Shown here: one piece after another, positions 25,401-37,400 of the stretch | Numbering within the stretch: the first letter of the stretch is position 1 | Layout: every line of letters begins with the position of its first letter | Origin: Amoebophrya sp. A120 | Lineage: Eukaryota > Protista > Dinoflagellata | Assembly: GCA_905178155.1 (NCBI GenBank) | Contig: CAJINV010000003.1 | Span: forward strand, 10,266,064-10,330,063 | Length of the DNA: 64,000 bases | Direction of reading: 5' to 3' | Program-made: the position numbers and the translations under genes | Notes under the pieces: model-generated | The model's database searches: none | What the model was told of the DNA's origin: nothing | The model's input: the letters and a program-made list of their open reading frames with translations, nothing else

Positions 25401-28400
25401 TGGAATTTCCACAAAGAACAAGCTTTGCCAATTTTCTAAAAATCTGCGACGCTTTTGAAGTTACCGCGGTGTCGTGTAGCGTAACGCTGCCCACGAAGGC
25501 ACACAAGCCTGCACACCAGAGCAGGCGTGCGGCTGGCCCGCGGCCGCCAGGGCGGAGGGAGGCAAGAAAGCGCCACCGACCTCACTACCTCCGCCACGGC
25601 GGCTATGTTTGGCACTAGTACAACTACGGAGGCCGCTCTGGCTTCAGTCTCGATCGTCAGCCTGCTACTGAGGCGGCTGCTGGACTACTTGGGAAAGAAA
25701 TTTCGGGCGCACGCCAAATTCGTGTCGATGGTGACGCGTTGCCGTCACAGTTTATTATCCTTTTTACCAAAGTTCTGGCAGAGGCAGAGCTGCAGTTCGA
25801 TCCAGACCACCATTGGGCTAAAGGCCTTGTGTGAGAAGCCGGATCAAATCCGGGACCAGCTGATTCGGGACGACCAGCTGGACCTGGCTCTTGAGCTCTG
25901 TGAGCGCTGCAATTTCGCAGCGACGTCCATCGTTACCGAACAACAACGTGAAGGGGAACAAGTGGCGTCTTTGGGGGAACTAAAGCTTGATCAGCATTCA
26001 CCGGGGACGATTGTCCGCTACGGCGCCCTGCAGGCAACGACCGCAGCCGGCGAGGGAGCGGCAGATGTGCCGGGGGCGGAACAGCAGCAGCTTAGTGCTT
26101 CGGCAATATCCGAGGCCGCGGCATGTGGTAAGGTTTTGACGCGTTCACGTTCACCAGCTGGCGGTGGCGCTACCTTGTTACATGCTGGACCCCGAGAGTA
26201 TGGCGTTCTCAAATGTTATACATTCTCAACTGTTACATGATTTGTCATGCAAAATTGACTGTTGATTTGTCATACATTCTCAACTTTCCAAAAGAGCGGG
26301 GGTTGAGTTGACTGCAGGGGCACAACTGCAGCCGCAGTGCTTTTATAGAGTAATCTTCTCGGAGAACTGCTTGGCGTTGCTTGATCCGTTCAGCATGAGC
26401 ACTAAGCTGCTACGGAGTGCGTGCCAGTCCAGTATCTTGACAGATATGGCCTTCCTTGGCTTCTCCCCGGGGCAGTCTACCCGGTTAAGGTTTTGGGATC
26501 CGGCGAGCAAGGGGGGAGGCACGGCGACAGGGAAGACCTGAAGGAGCAAGCTCGGGCTGGCGTTGCTCTTGTGCAGGCCCTAGCCGACGGGGCGGCTAAA
26601 AGAATATCGCATCGAAGCGATCTTAGAGCTGTGGGCTTTGTCAGGGGTCGCACTTTGGGGCGGGGCAGGATGCCAGTGGGATTGCCCGTCTATGAGGTCC
26701 GGGCGTCCTCGGATTTATTATAGGCGACGTTTTGCGTTGAGAGAAACACGGGGAAAGTGTTCGCACAATGCAAAACGAAGATGGAACGCCTGAGGGTAGA
26801 AGTTCGCCGACAAGAGCGGAGATTTCTGGCTTATGTTAGAAGCGCGCTCACGCTGCTGCAACTTGTCACGCAACACAGCCACGGGGTTCGGAGAGTAGAT
26901 GCCGAGCTCTCTGACTTCAAGAGGCTACAGGCGAATGCCCGTGGTCCACTCAGGCAGGGTCGCGGCATAGTGCTAAGCCTGGTAGAAGCACTAGAAGGGG
27001 CGCAGGCCCTGGGATACGAAGTTCGCAGAGAAGTACTTCCGAACCACCAGCAGGATTCATTTCCTGCCAGTTGATTTATCACTCCCGACGCACACGGTTC
27101 CGCTGCGGATAGTCAATGTAGCACAGCGTGACAGCCGCTACACAGCGTGGCCCTCAGGCGTCCGGGCCCGGGCCATCTCAGCCAGTAAAATTTTGGCAAT
27201 ATTCCGGCAATTTTTTAAAGCGTGCAGGGGTATCGCCAGTCGTCCGGCCATACGTAGGCCGGGTCCTTCGGCCGTGCCGGTTTTGCCTCCCGGCCGGTGT
27301 CTTTCGTAGTTTCTGCCCGTGCTGGTGGGCGCCTTGGCCTTGGCCAGTTGTTTTCGGGTTGTTCGATGTTGGGCTTCATATCCTTCGGGATTTGGTGGCG
27401 TGAGATGTGATGTGCCGGCTGTTAGGGTTTTGCGCTTTGTGATTGAGGATTCTCTCAAGCCCAGACGCGCAAGCTCTGCATTGGTGTCGTCTCGTCGTGT
27501 TATTCTGTCGGACCTTTCCTGAGAGGCCCGACAGAAAGAATTGCATGGCGAGATGATTCGTCGTCATATTCGTTTTACTCAACACAGCTCATGATTGGCG
27601 TGAATTGCAGTAGGAGTTGCAACGCATGCTGCAATTCATGCTGCAATTTATGCTGCAATTAGTGTCCCGACCATTTTTGAAAAGCTGCAATTGACGCTGC
27701 AATTGGCCGTGCAATTTTCGTGCAATTTCAGGTCCGGGTTCGAAAACAAAGCAAATGGCTTGGTTTTCGTACCCCCCCTGAAATTGCAGCTTTTTTGCAC
27801 ACCCAATTGCAGCATCAATTGCAGCTTTTCGAAAGTGGTTCGGGACGGTAATTGCGCACTTTTTGCACACTGAATTGCACACTTTTTGCACACTTTTTGC
27901 ACACTCTCGGGGAATATTCTCAAAAGCTGGGGGGCGAAATGCATGGCGCATGTGGCGCGCCCACACCTGCTTCCTGAGCTTTCAAAGTGTGCAGCCCATA
28001 GGTGGGTGGGGAAGTGCGCACAGGGTGGTGATGTCGCGCAGCCCCCGACCACCCCCCGCCGGTCTTGCTTCCGGGGTTGTCTGCAAAGAAGCCTCCACCC
28101 GAGGCGCAAGGTAGGCCCGGGCGCAAGGCGGTGCGACGAGGACCGGGCCTACAGTTTCCTGGTTGTTTCACCGAGGGGGGGCGACCCAGCTTTGCGTCGG
28201 GGTTTCGTCACGGGCGGCCCGGAGGCCGATTTTCATTTCTCCTTGCCTCATTGCCATCTTCTGCTTTTTACGCCTTCCACCCTCACTTTCATTTTTCAAA
28301 ATTGCCGAAAAATTGCCGGGGAATTAGCGCGTTAGGTGGCCCGGGTCCGGACGCCTGATGGCCCGCCCATGAGTTCGGCGCGGACACTTATAAGCTCCCC

Positions 28401-31400
28401 CCGGTCCGTGATTGGCCGAAGATGAACCGCACGAGGCGCGCGCTGTATCTGGATGAGTGCCTAGGGTTGTCGAAAGGGCAGGAAGCAAAGCAGGACGAAG
28501 GAAGTGCTGAAGTACTGGGCGCCCCCTCGCGAGATGAGGGCAAAGGGGGGGAAGTCGCGGACCATGCAGGTTCGGACAGGCAAGGCGCGGGCTCGGGTGT
28601 GGACAGCCAGACAGACCCGAAGGTGGGTCGCGGGTCCGCAGTTGCCGACCCATTGCGCAAGTTCCACATGGGGGCCGACTGCCTCGCGTTATCCCGAGTC
28701 ATCGGTAAGGATTTGGTGAAATTAAACAGACACGACGCTGCAGCCCAAGCGTCGTTTGGGCGGACCTGTAGAGGGGGTGATGCTGCGGGCGCTCCCCAGA
28801 TAGAGCATGTGGCTTCCTCGTCCTCGTCTATAGCGCACAAGAGGCGCGACCAACTTACGAGAAGGAAGCGCGCAAGATTTCAGGTGAGGGGCCCAACGGG
28901 CACAAGGGACAGCTCGAACGAGTTGGCATGGGGGGGCTTTAGCGCAAGTGCCGACGGAGACCAGGAGAGGGGGGGAAGCACTAGCAGCGAAGCTCAGGCG
29001 TTGTCTCCGGATCAAATTGCCCAGCACCCAAGCCGAAAGAAGCGTCTGGAGGGGTGTCACCCGCCTCGGCGGCCCCCTGATGGTCAGGGGCGGAGGGCTG
29101 ATGCATCAGTGAGCGGGGGCGTCACTGCATTAGGGGGCGAAGGGCAGGCAGTTAGCGCCCAGCACGTTGATCCCTGCAGCGAGCAGGGAAGCCATGAGCG
29201 GGACACCCAGCGGGGAGTCGCTAAAGCGGCGCCTCCTCTCGCAAAGGAGTCCGGCACGGGGCAGCTGCCAGCGCAACCGAAAGGGCAAAAGAACATGGGG
29301 GAGGTGGCTATGGTCGAGCAGAAGCGCGACTGACTCTGTAGAATCGGCAAACAAGCAGGCTAAACCTTTTGGCGAGCTCTCCGGGGTAGAGATGGGAAAG
29401 TTCCAGAGACTACTGGATGTTGTCCATCTGATGGGGCCAGCCCGCGGCGGGGATCATCAAGAAACGAGGGGGGATAGGCTGGAGTGCGAACAGCTTCCAC
29501 CCAGGAGCCGGGGCGAGATGTTGCGAAGAGTTACAGGCAGGAAGAGGGAGGGTTTCGAGTAGAGTACATATTCGGCGTCTAGCTGCGTCAGTGCCTGCGC
29601 TAGGCAGGAGCAACATTTTGAACCACTGAAATCCTACACACTCAGACAGCAAGCCACGTCGAAACGCTCGGACTTTTCTTTTCTTCGTGAGCAGTCACGT
29701 CAAAACGCTCAGACTTTTCGTCTCGTCATGAACAGACCGGAACGGAAGAACGAAAAACAAAAGCAGAAGGGTAACACTAGCGGGCACTCCAGCCCCAGCT
29801 CGTTGCTACCTAAGTAGTCGGGTTTGGCAGGCTCAGTCGCGAGACCTTGCGTGCCTTCGGCGGATGATTCAGTGCCAGCTGGTCTTCGCGTGTTCTGCAA
29901 CAAAAGCAAAGTGGTCGGTACGAGATGGAGCAACGAATCGCGCGGGGTCAGTGGGTATGAAGGGGATTGCCGGCCACCCTTAATGTAGGCCCTAAAAAAT
30001 CCATCTCTACGCCCATCTTTTCAAAATTTGCCCTATCGGTTTGCCGCCATTTTGTTGCATTCCAATACAGAAAGCCTCTCGAGCAGCTCGACCGCCGATC
30101 CTGGCTGGCCATATTGCCTGACAGATTTTCCGGGTCTTGTTTTTCTTTTTGCAGCTTGGTGGAGGATTGTGGTAGGAGTTGCGAGGCCAACTAGTCATGC
30201 ACATCTCCGCGACATGCAGAAACAAGAACAAAACCGGGAGAATGCATTCACTCGGCCGAGAAAGAAGCTGAAAAGATTCAGCCACGCAGAGTGCTCATCT
30301 TTTCAACTTTGCAAGCTATCAAATTTTGAAAAGATGCTCTTTCTGCATCTTTTCAAATTTTGATAAGTGGCTGCTCACTTTCCAAATTTTGAAAAGATGC
30401 TGAAGGAAACATCTTTTCAAAATTTGACAACCCGAACAACGGAAATATCAAATTTTGAAAAGATGCTCTTTCTGCATCTTTTCAAATTTTGATAAGTGGC
30501 TGCTCACTTTCCGAATTTTGAAAAGATGCTGAAGGAAACATCTTTTCAAATTTTGATAAGTGGCTGCTCACTTTCCGAATTTTGAAAAGATGCTGAAGGA
30601 AACATCTTTTCAAAATTCGACAACCCGAAAAACGCAAATATCAAATTTTGAAAAGATGCTCTTTCTGCATCTTTTCAAATTTTGATACGTGGCTGCTCAC
30701 TTTCCAAATTTTGACAAGATGCTGAAGGAGACATCTTTTCAAAATTTGACAACCCGAACAACGCTAATATCAAATTTTGAAAAGATGCTGCTTCTGCATC
30801 TTTTCAAATTTTGATAGGTGGCTGCTCACTCTCCAAATTTTGAAAAGATGCTGAAGGAGACATCTTTTCAAAATTCGACAACCCGAACAACGCAAATATC
30901 AAATTTTGAAAGGATGCTCTTTCTGCATCTTTTCAAATTTTGATACGTGGCTGCTCACTTTCCAAATTTTGAAAAGATGCTGAAGGAGACATCTTTTCAA
31001 AATTTGACAACTCGAACAACGCAAATATCAAATTTTGAAAAGATGCTTTTTCTGCATCTTTTCAAATTTTGATGAGTGGCTTCTCACTTTCCAAATTTTG
31101 AAAAGATGCTGAAGGAAACATCTTTTCAAAATTTGACAACCCGAACAACGCAAATATCAAATTTTGAAAAGATGCTCTTTCTGCATCTTTTCAAATTTTG
31201 ATAGGTGGCTGCTCACTCTCCAAATTTTGAAAAGATGTTGAAGGAGACATCTTTTCAAAATTTGACAACCCGAACAACGCAAGTATCAAATTTTGAAAAG
31301 ATGCTCTTTCGGCATCTTTTCAAATTTTGATAGGTGGCTGCACACTTTCCAAATTTTGAAAAGATGTTGAAGGAGACATCTTTTCAAAATTTGACAACCC

Positions 31401-34400
31401 GAACGGCGCAAATATCAAATTTTGAAAAGATGCTCTTTCTGCATCTTTTCAAATTTTGATAGGTGGCTGCTCACTCTCCAAATTTTGAAAAGATGCTGAA
31501 GGAGACATCTTTTCAAAATTTGACAACCTCAACAACGCAAGCACTTGCTTTGTTGAGGTTGTCAAAATTTGAAAAGATGTTTCCTTCAGCATCTTTTCAA
31601 AATTTGACAACCTTTTTGACAACCCCTTCGATGAGGTTAAAAAAGAGCTCATTAACTTGAGCTATTCCCCACGGTATGGCGGATTTTGATAAACCTTTTT
31701 GGCAACCCCTTTGATGAACCTAGACAGAGAATTGCTGACGAGAGTTCAAGGCTTTAACTTGCGCTCCAGCTGGCGGGTCGCCAGATGGTAAGCAAAGCCG
31801 TGCCTCTGGCGACACCTGTTTGCTTGCCTCTTTTGTGGCTCCGAAGATTGCGAAGATGCCCCCTCAGCAAGTTTGCGAATTTTGAAAGGCACGCAGAAGG
31901 GCAGGCTGCTCACCCTTTCCGCGGCTGTCGAAATTTGAAAAGATGCGCTGGTAGCATCTTTTCAAATTTTGGAAGCCACAGAAGACTGAGCTGGCCTCCC
32001 TTTGCGTGGTTTCCCAAATTTGAAAGGATGCTCCCTCGGCATCTTTTCAAATCCTGAAAACCAGCCAGCTGCCCTCCTCAACTGCGGCATGTCAAATTTG
32101 AAAAGATGCCCCTTCAGCATCTTTTCGAATCTTGGCAACCTCAGGACAGAAAACGGATCGGCTCTTCTGCGGCTTCGAAGATTGAAAAGATGCTTCTTGA
32201 GCATCTTTTCAAATTTTGAAAACCACAGACGAGTAAGCCGACCCCGTCTTCTGCGGCTTCAAAAATTGAAAAGATGCTCCTTCAGCATCTTTTCAAATTT
32301 TGAAAAGCACAGAAGAGCAGGCGACCCTCCTCTTTAGCGCCTTTTGAAATTCGAAGAGATGTTCCTTCAGCATCTTTTCAAATCCTGGAAACCACAGAAG
32401 AGTAAACTGCTCGGGTCTCTTGTGGCTTCGTTATGGAAAAGATGCTCCATACAGCCCCGGGCCTCGGGGCAGAAATAGAACAGCCCGGCTTGGCGCGTTT
32501 GCAAAGGCGGACGCGCAGCCGCCATCGAAGAGGCGCTGCGCGATAATCGGCGAGGGCGCCGAGCAATGAACTGGCCAAAATTTGAAAAGATGGGCGAAAA
32601 GGTGGAAATTTTAGGGCCTTCACTTAAGTGGTAAGCTCCGAGACGATTCCGGTTTACGATCCCAGTCCCCCCGCCCACCCTTTGCTTCTGTTGCAGAATA
32701 AGTCAAGCTGAGTCACTACGGCCGCCACGCACAAACTAAGCCTTTAAGTTGTCGCTGTGCCCCAGGTGGGTTGCCAGTCAGCAGTGCCAAACAACTGGTC
32801 TATGGTTTGACAACTGTGGCCCGCTCGCTTGCCTTTTTCGTCCGTGCCGCAGGTAAGGCGCAAACGGTCCAGCCTCCCCTGTCCGGGCGGGGTTGCGGCT
32901 TAGGGGAGAGTGTCGCCCCTTAACCCAAAGGGGTGCGTCGTCTCTTCCGTGATAGCAAAAACGTATGGCGTAAAATGGGGCGGGTCCTGGATCATTCTGT
33001 ATGTTGGGCTGTCGCGCCCGGCTTGCTGGCCGGGCTGTACTGATCAGGTGTGGTGGGTAGCTCCCGACTGGTTGGCACTTTTCTTGGGGCGACTTGCCGT
33101 GGTAGCGCTCGGCTTTTGTATGATGAGGTCGCCGAAAGTGCTTCCTCGCCCACCCCCCGGGGAGGGGATCCTTGACCTGTGGCGCTGGGAGCGGGTGTCC
33201 ACTACATGATGATGATGATTCTCAACTGTTGACGATGACGACAAGCCTGGATCAACTCCATTTCCGATCTGAAGTTGTCATTAGAAGTTGCGGTTTTATT
33301 TTTGTACCTATGTATATAAAAAAAAAAAAATTGTCAATGTCATGCAAAATTCCAACCAAAATCGACACGACGATCAAGCTGCTCCGCATGACAAATCCTC
33401 GAAAGGCCAAACAGGCTGAGAATCTGTGCCAAGTCTGTCATGCAAGACGCGCAAAGCCAAAGTCAGCCCAGCCCTTCACTTTTGCCATTCGTGCACCACA
33501 GATTCATGCGCGTGCATCACAGATTCACGACCTGGTGGCCGAATCATGTGCGGTAAGGTGTCCTTACGGGTTGTGTAGCGGTTTCGGTCGGCTTAGCATC
33601 ACAGATTCATGTAACAGTTGAGAATGCAACAGCTGAGAGCGCCATAGAGAAGTGGCGCAGGAGAGCAATTCAGGCGTCGCAAATAACGTGACGCTAGAGA
33701 AGCAGCAGGTGTTGGATAAGCGGTCCCTCGCAACCTTGGCAGACGCGCGCACGCAGAGCATGCTGCGCTCGCGTGCCACCCTGTCCGAAAGCAGCTTTGG
33801 CAGCCGGAGAAGCAGCTTTTCCACGTTGACGGCAATTGATTACATGCACGTCCACGTTTCGGCGGACCCCGTTCGTGAGGCGAAAGTAGTCACGCTGCTC
33901 CTCCTGTATGAATTTGGAAAAGCGCACCAGTGCTTTCAGGAGGTTTTTGCAGGAGGGCCGAGCTACAAGAGTGCAGCCAGCAGACATGGAAAGATGAACA
34001 AAGACGCGCAAGGCCGCGGTATTGATACCAGGGGGAACAAGGATCATCGGCTGTTCACTGCCGGCAGCGTGCCGCTGTTTTCCACCAATCAGAAGGGACT
34101 CTTTTTACGAAAAGTGGAATGCGCCGTTCGCTTCCCACCATTGTTCCACCTCATGGGCCTACAGCAAGCGCTGTCTAACTTTACGGTGAACCACCTTCAG
34201 CGAAAGCTTTACCACTCAACCAGTCCTCTCGCGCCCTTTCCGCTCTTTGTGTTTCCGGAGGTCGCACGCGTGGCGCAATCCCGCAATACGACGCTTCTCC
34301 GGAAGCACCGGGTGGCGCAACTCTTCGGCGAGTACCTCCCCCAGCATAGCTTCTTCCAGAACACCAAGGCCGACCAGAAAACCCGCATTGTCTCCACCAT

Positions 34401-37400
34401 TATTCCCTGTGGCGGCGGCCCACCGGACCCCCGAGTGCGCCCCACACTGCGCAGCGAGCCGATGCAACCCACGGACGCCTTAGCCTTCTCAGCAGTTGTG
34501 CTCTCTTCAGCCTCCGCCGCCTCACGGCGTTTCGGTCTTCTATCGAACAGACTTCCAGCCTCCTACGAGCAGAGGCCGTTCTTCGCGGGTGTTGGAACCC
34601 CGCCCGAGCCGGGAGGTGGACCGCCACCGAGGTCCTCCTCTTTTCTCGTCCAAGATCGTTCGACGTTTTCAATACTGACCAGTAGCAGCAATTTGTACGG
34701 TTCCTACGTCTCCTCCGTTTCGGAGTGCATGTCTCCACATTCTGAAGAAGCAGCTGGAGCTGGACTGCAAATGAGCGGGACTGATGCAGTCAGGGCGATT
34801 TCGTCAGAGGATCCGCGTTTTTTCAATGCGATTTGCTGTCTTTACCCCGCGATCCACCGCACAACGCTGACAGCCTGGTGCGCCACGAGCGTGTTGTTGA
34901 AGGCAACATTGGCAGAGGAGTATGCGCAGCGGCGGCAAAGACGCGAGCAGCGGCAACAGCGGCGGCAATCCCGGCTACTGGCACGGCGTCAGCGTGCAGA
35001 ACAGATGGCGCGAGCGGAGCAGCTTCGCCACTTCGAGGCTGTTGGAGAATGTCAGCTAGCACCTCGGGCGGATATCCTCTACAAAAGTATCGCTCTCGTT
35101 CCCATTGCATTTGCAATGCTGCGCGAGTACAGTTGTTGCTTCTTCGTTTTCATCGCTAAATAGCATCAGATTGCATACTTTTTTTTATTTTTTCTGGAAA
35201 AAATTAAAATTGAATTTCAAATTCAAATAGATAATGCACCAGAAATTTGATTTTGTACTGGGGATGCGATACTCATACTTTTGCAATGCATACCGGACTA
35301 CGTCGCTGATGGTGCACCCCCATCGCAATTCCTGAATGGCGCTCTCCTTCCAGAGGCGGGAGTATCGAATGGAAATGGTGCATCTTCATCTTCCTGCGAA
35401 AAGCATCAGGGTCATGGACAAACGCTACAACAGCAACACCATAGGCCTGTCGCCGGCGGTGTCATCAAGATCAAGTCCGCCGTGAGTATAACATCAAGAG
35501 GAAATGAGGTCGGTGAAGATTGCGGAAAGGAGCGCACAGAGAATAGGGATCTTGTCGGGCGCAGAGAAGGAGACTTGTTGGATTTTGCGTCCTCCGCTCA
35601 TGCGCAGAAAGGAAATCAAAATTCAGATTCTCTCCCTTTGGCTTTGGCGAAAGTCGTGCTTCAAAACAAAGAAAAAGTGTGCACTAGAAGTGCTAATGAG
35701 CGCGAGCCGCATTGCAATATTAAACAGGATGCCTTTATTACTTCGCCAAGAACCTGCCAGGGTCTTGGTCATGCACCAGCTGGGTCGGACTCGGACGTGG
35801 ACGGGTTCAGTCAAGCGGCAAGAGGCATTCCAAATGGTCTGGTCCAAACATTGGAGACGGCACCAAGATACAGTGAACACCGTTCGACAGACGCGCTTGA
35901 TGTAGTTCCGACGCGGAATCGAGGACGTGGCGGACCAAGCGTTATGCAAAACGTAAGTCTCGTGGATGCTACTTTCGGTGGCCGGGATCAGGTCGCGGAG
36001 GTTGAAACCCAAGACGAACAAGCCATCGACAGTGACTACTCGGACTCATCTTCCGAAACAGATGCTGATGAAGAGCAGAACGAATTCTACTACGAGCTTG
36101 GGATTGCACCCCCGCTCTGTGCCGTACCGGGCGTTAAAGCGAGCCAAACCGCGCATCTTGGTTTTGCAGCAGGCAACGCGAACAAGAGCCTTGGGCGGGC
36201 CAGCGGGGTCTTGCACGCGGGTCCAGCCCACATGCCACTATCAGTTTTGGGATCAAGTAAAGGTTTAACCTTAGCATCCGACTCCGGTACTGTAGCTCGA
36301 ACCAATTTAAGTGCATCTTCTTCGCCCACTTCCGCTGCAGCATTCGTGCTGCACCCTGGTAGTGCAACAGCCTCACAAATGCTTGGCACTCCTGCTTCGT
36401 CTACATCTCAGCTCTCTTCGTCTAGAGGAGTTGCTCAACTCGAAATGCACAATCCTCGGGAGCTAGGTCGGGCCGTCATCGCAACCGGATCCGCTCTGGT
36501 GCGGGACGCTATTGATCAAACAGCAACAATGTTCATTTCCGGTAGTGCTGCGCTGCCGCATTCGATTCCAGAGCGGTTTTTCTTGAATGATCAGCATGGG
36601 ATCGATGCTTTTGGCGCAGGATCGCTTCATGAACCCTCCGCGTCTCGTCACCTCACTGCAGTTCAAAGAAGTGCCACAAATCTTTTTACGGACGATCATC
36701 CCCAGCACGCTATCGGTAGCAATGCAGCAGCAGCTGATGTTGCTGTTTCAATAAATCAAAATCCAACCCTTGTCGTACAAGAACAAGAAGAACGTGAGGG
36801 CCGCGGAAGTTCTGATCCGCTTGGAGAAAATTTTCTGGACACCGAACCTAGCTTCGAGTACGTGTCTCTAAAAACACCGTCGAGGCGCAGCACAATCACC
36901 GGACGAACTACTGGCACGTTTTGTCGGAGCCGACCAATCTTGGAAAACAACATCTTGACACCGCGGGGTGGATCTCTACTTTCTTTATCAACCTTGCAGC
37001 AGCACCATGTAGGAGGCTCAGCGCATGCGCAGACGCAGCAACACCAGGCGGCGGCGCTGCTGGGTGCAGAGCATTTTCCTTTTCGTGGGGACCCACCGCA
37101 TCGTCATCCTGTACCTCCTGGTAGCAATCTTTTTAGAAGTGCGGCTGCGGCATCTGCAACTCCATCTGCAGCCAGCAACGCACTTCGTGGCGACCAGATC
37201 TTTAATTTTTCGCAAGCTCCTCCTGGTTCTTTGGGTTCTTTGGCCGACCAAGTACTCTCCACTGCAAAATTGTCTAGGTCTGGAACGGTGGAGCGTGTCA
37301 TCCTTGTATTGCATGACGAGCAGAATAAACACATCTTCATCTTGATCTTTCTTTGTGAGGAAATAAATACGCAGTTTGTACGGCGTACTACTCGATGAGT

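Larger units (their letters stand above)
29976..32632. mobile_element. Nested foldback-type element built from catcttttcaaa/tttgaaaagatg modules
   Basis: ~55-bp TIR (cttaatgtaggccctaaaaaatccatctctacgcccatcttttcaaa versus reverse complement cttaagtgaaggccctaaaatttccaccttttcgcccatcttttcaaa). Module orientation flips near 31540. Confidence 0.8.
26198..33647 (+). mobile_element. 7.45-kb TIR element (TATGGCG family) forming a GT-AG intron of ZFYVE26, with nested elements
   Basis: G[tatggcg...cgccata]G with a ~50-bp TIR containing the perfect 20-mer cattctcaactgttacatga/tcatgtaacagttgagaatg. Flanks gagag/gagaa. Splicing gives in-frame P-R-E-E-V-A-Q. Confidence 0.85.

Noticed and set aside
30315-32455. 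CRISPR array
   Set aside because: The spacers are homologous to each other and self-complementary, the repeats vary in their loops, no cas genes are present, and the array lies inside a TIR element in a eukaryotic intron.
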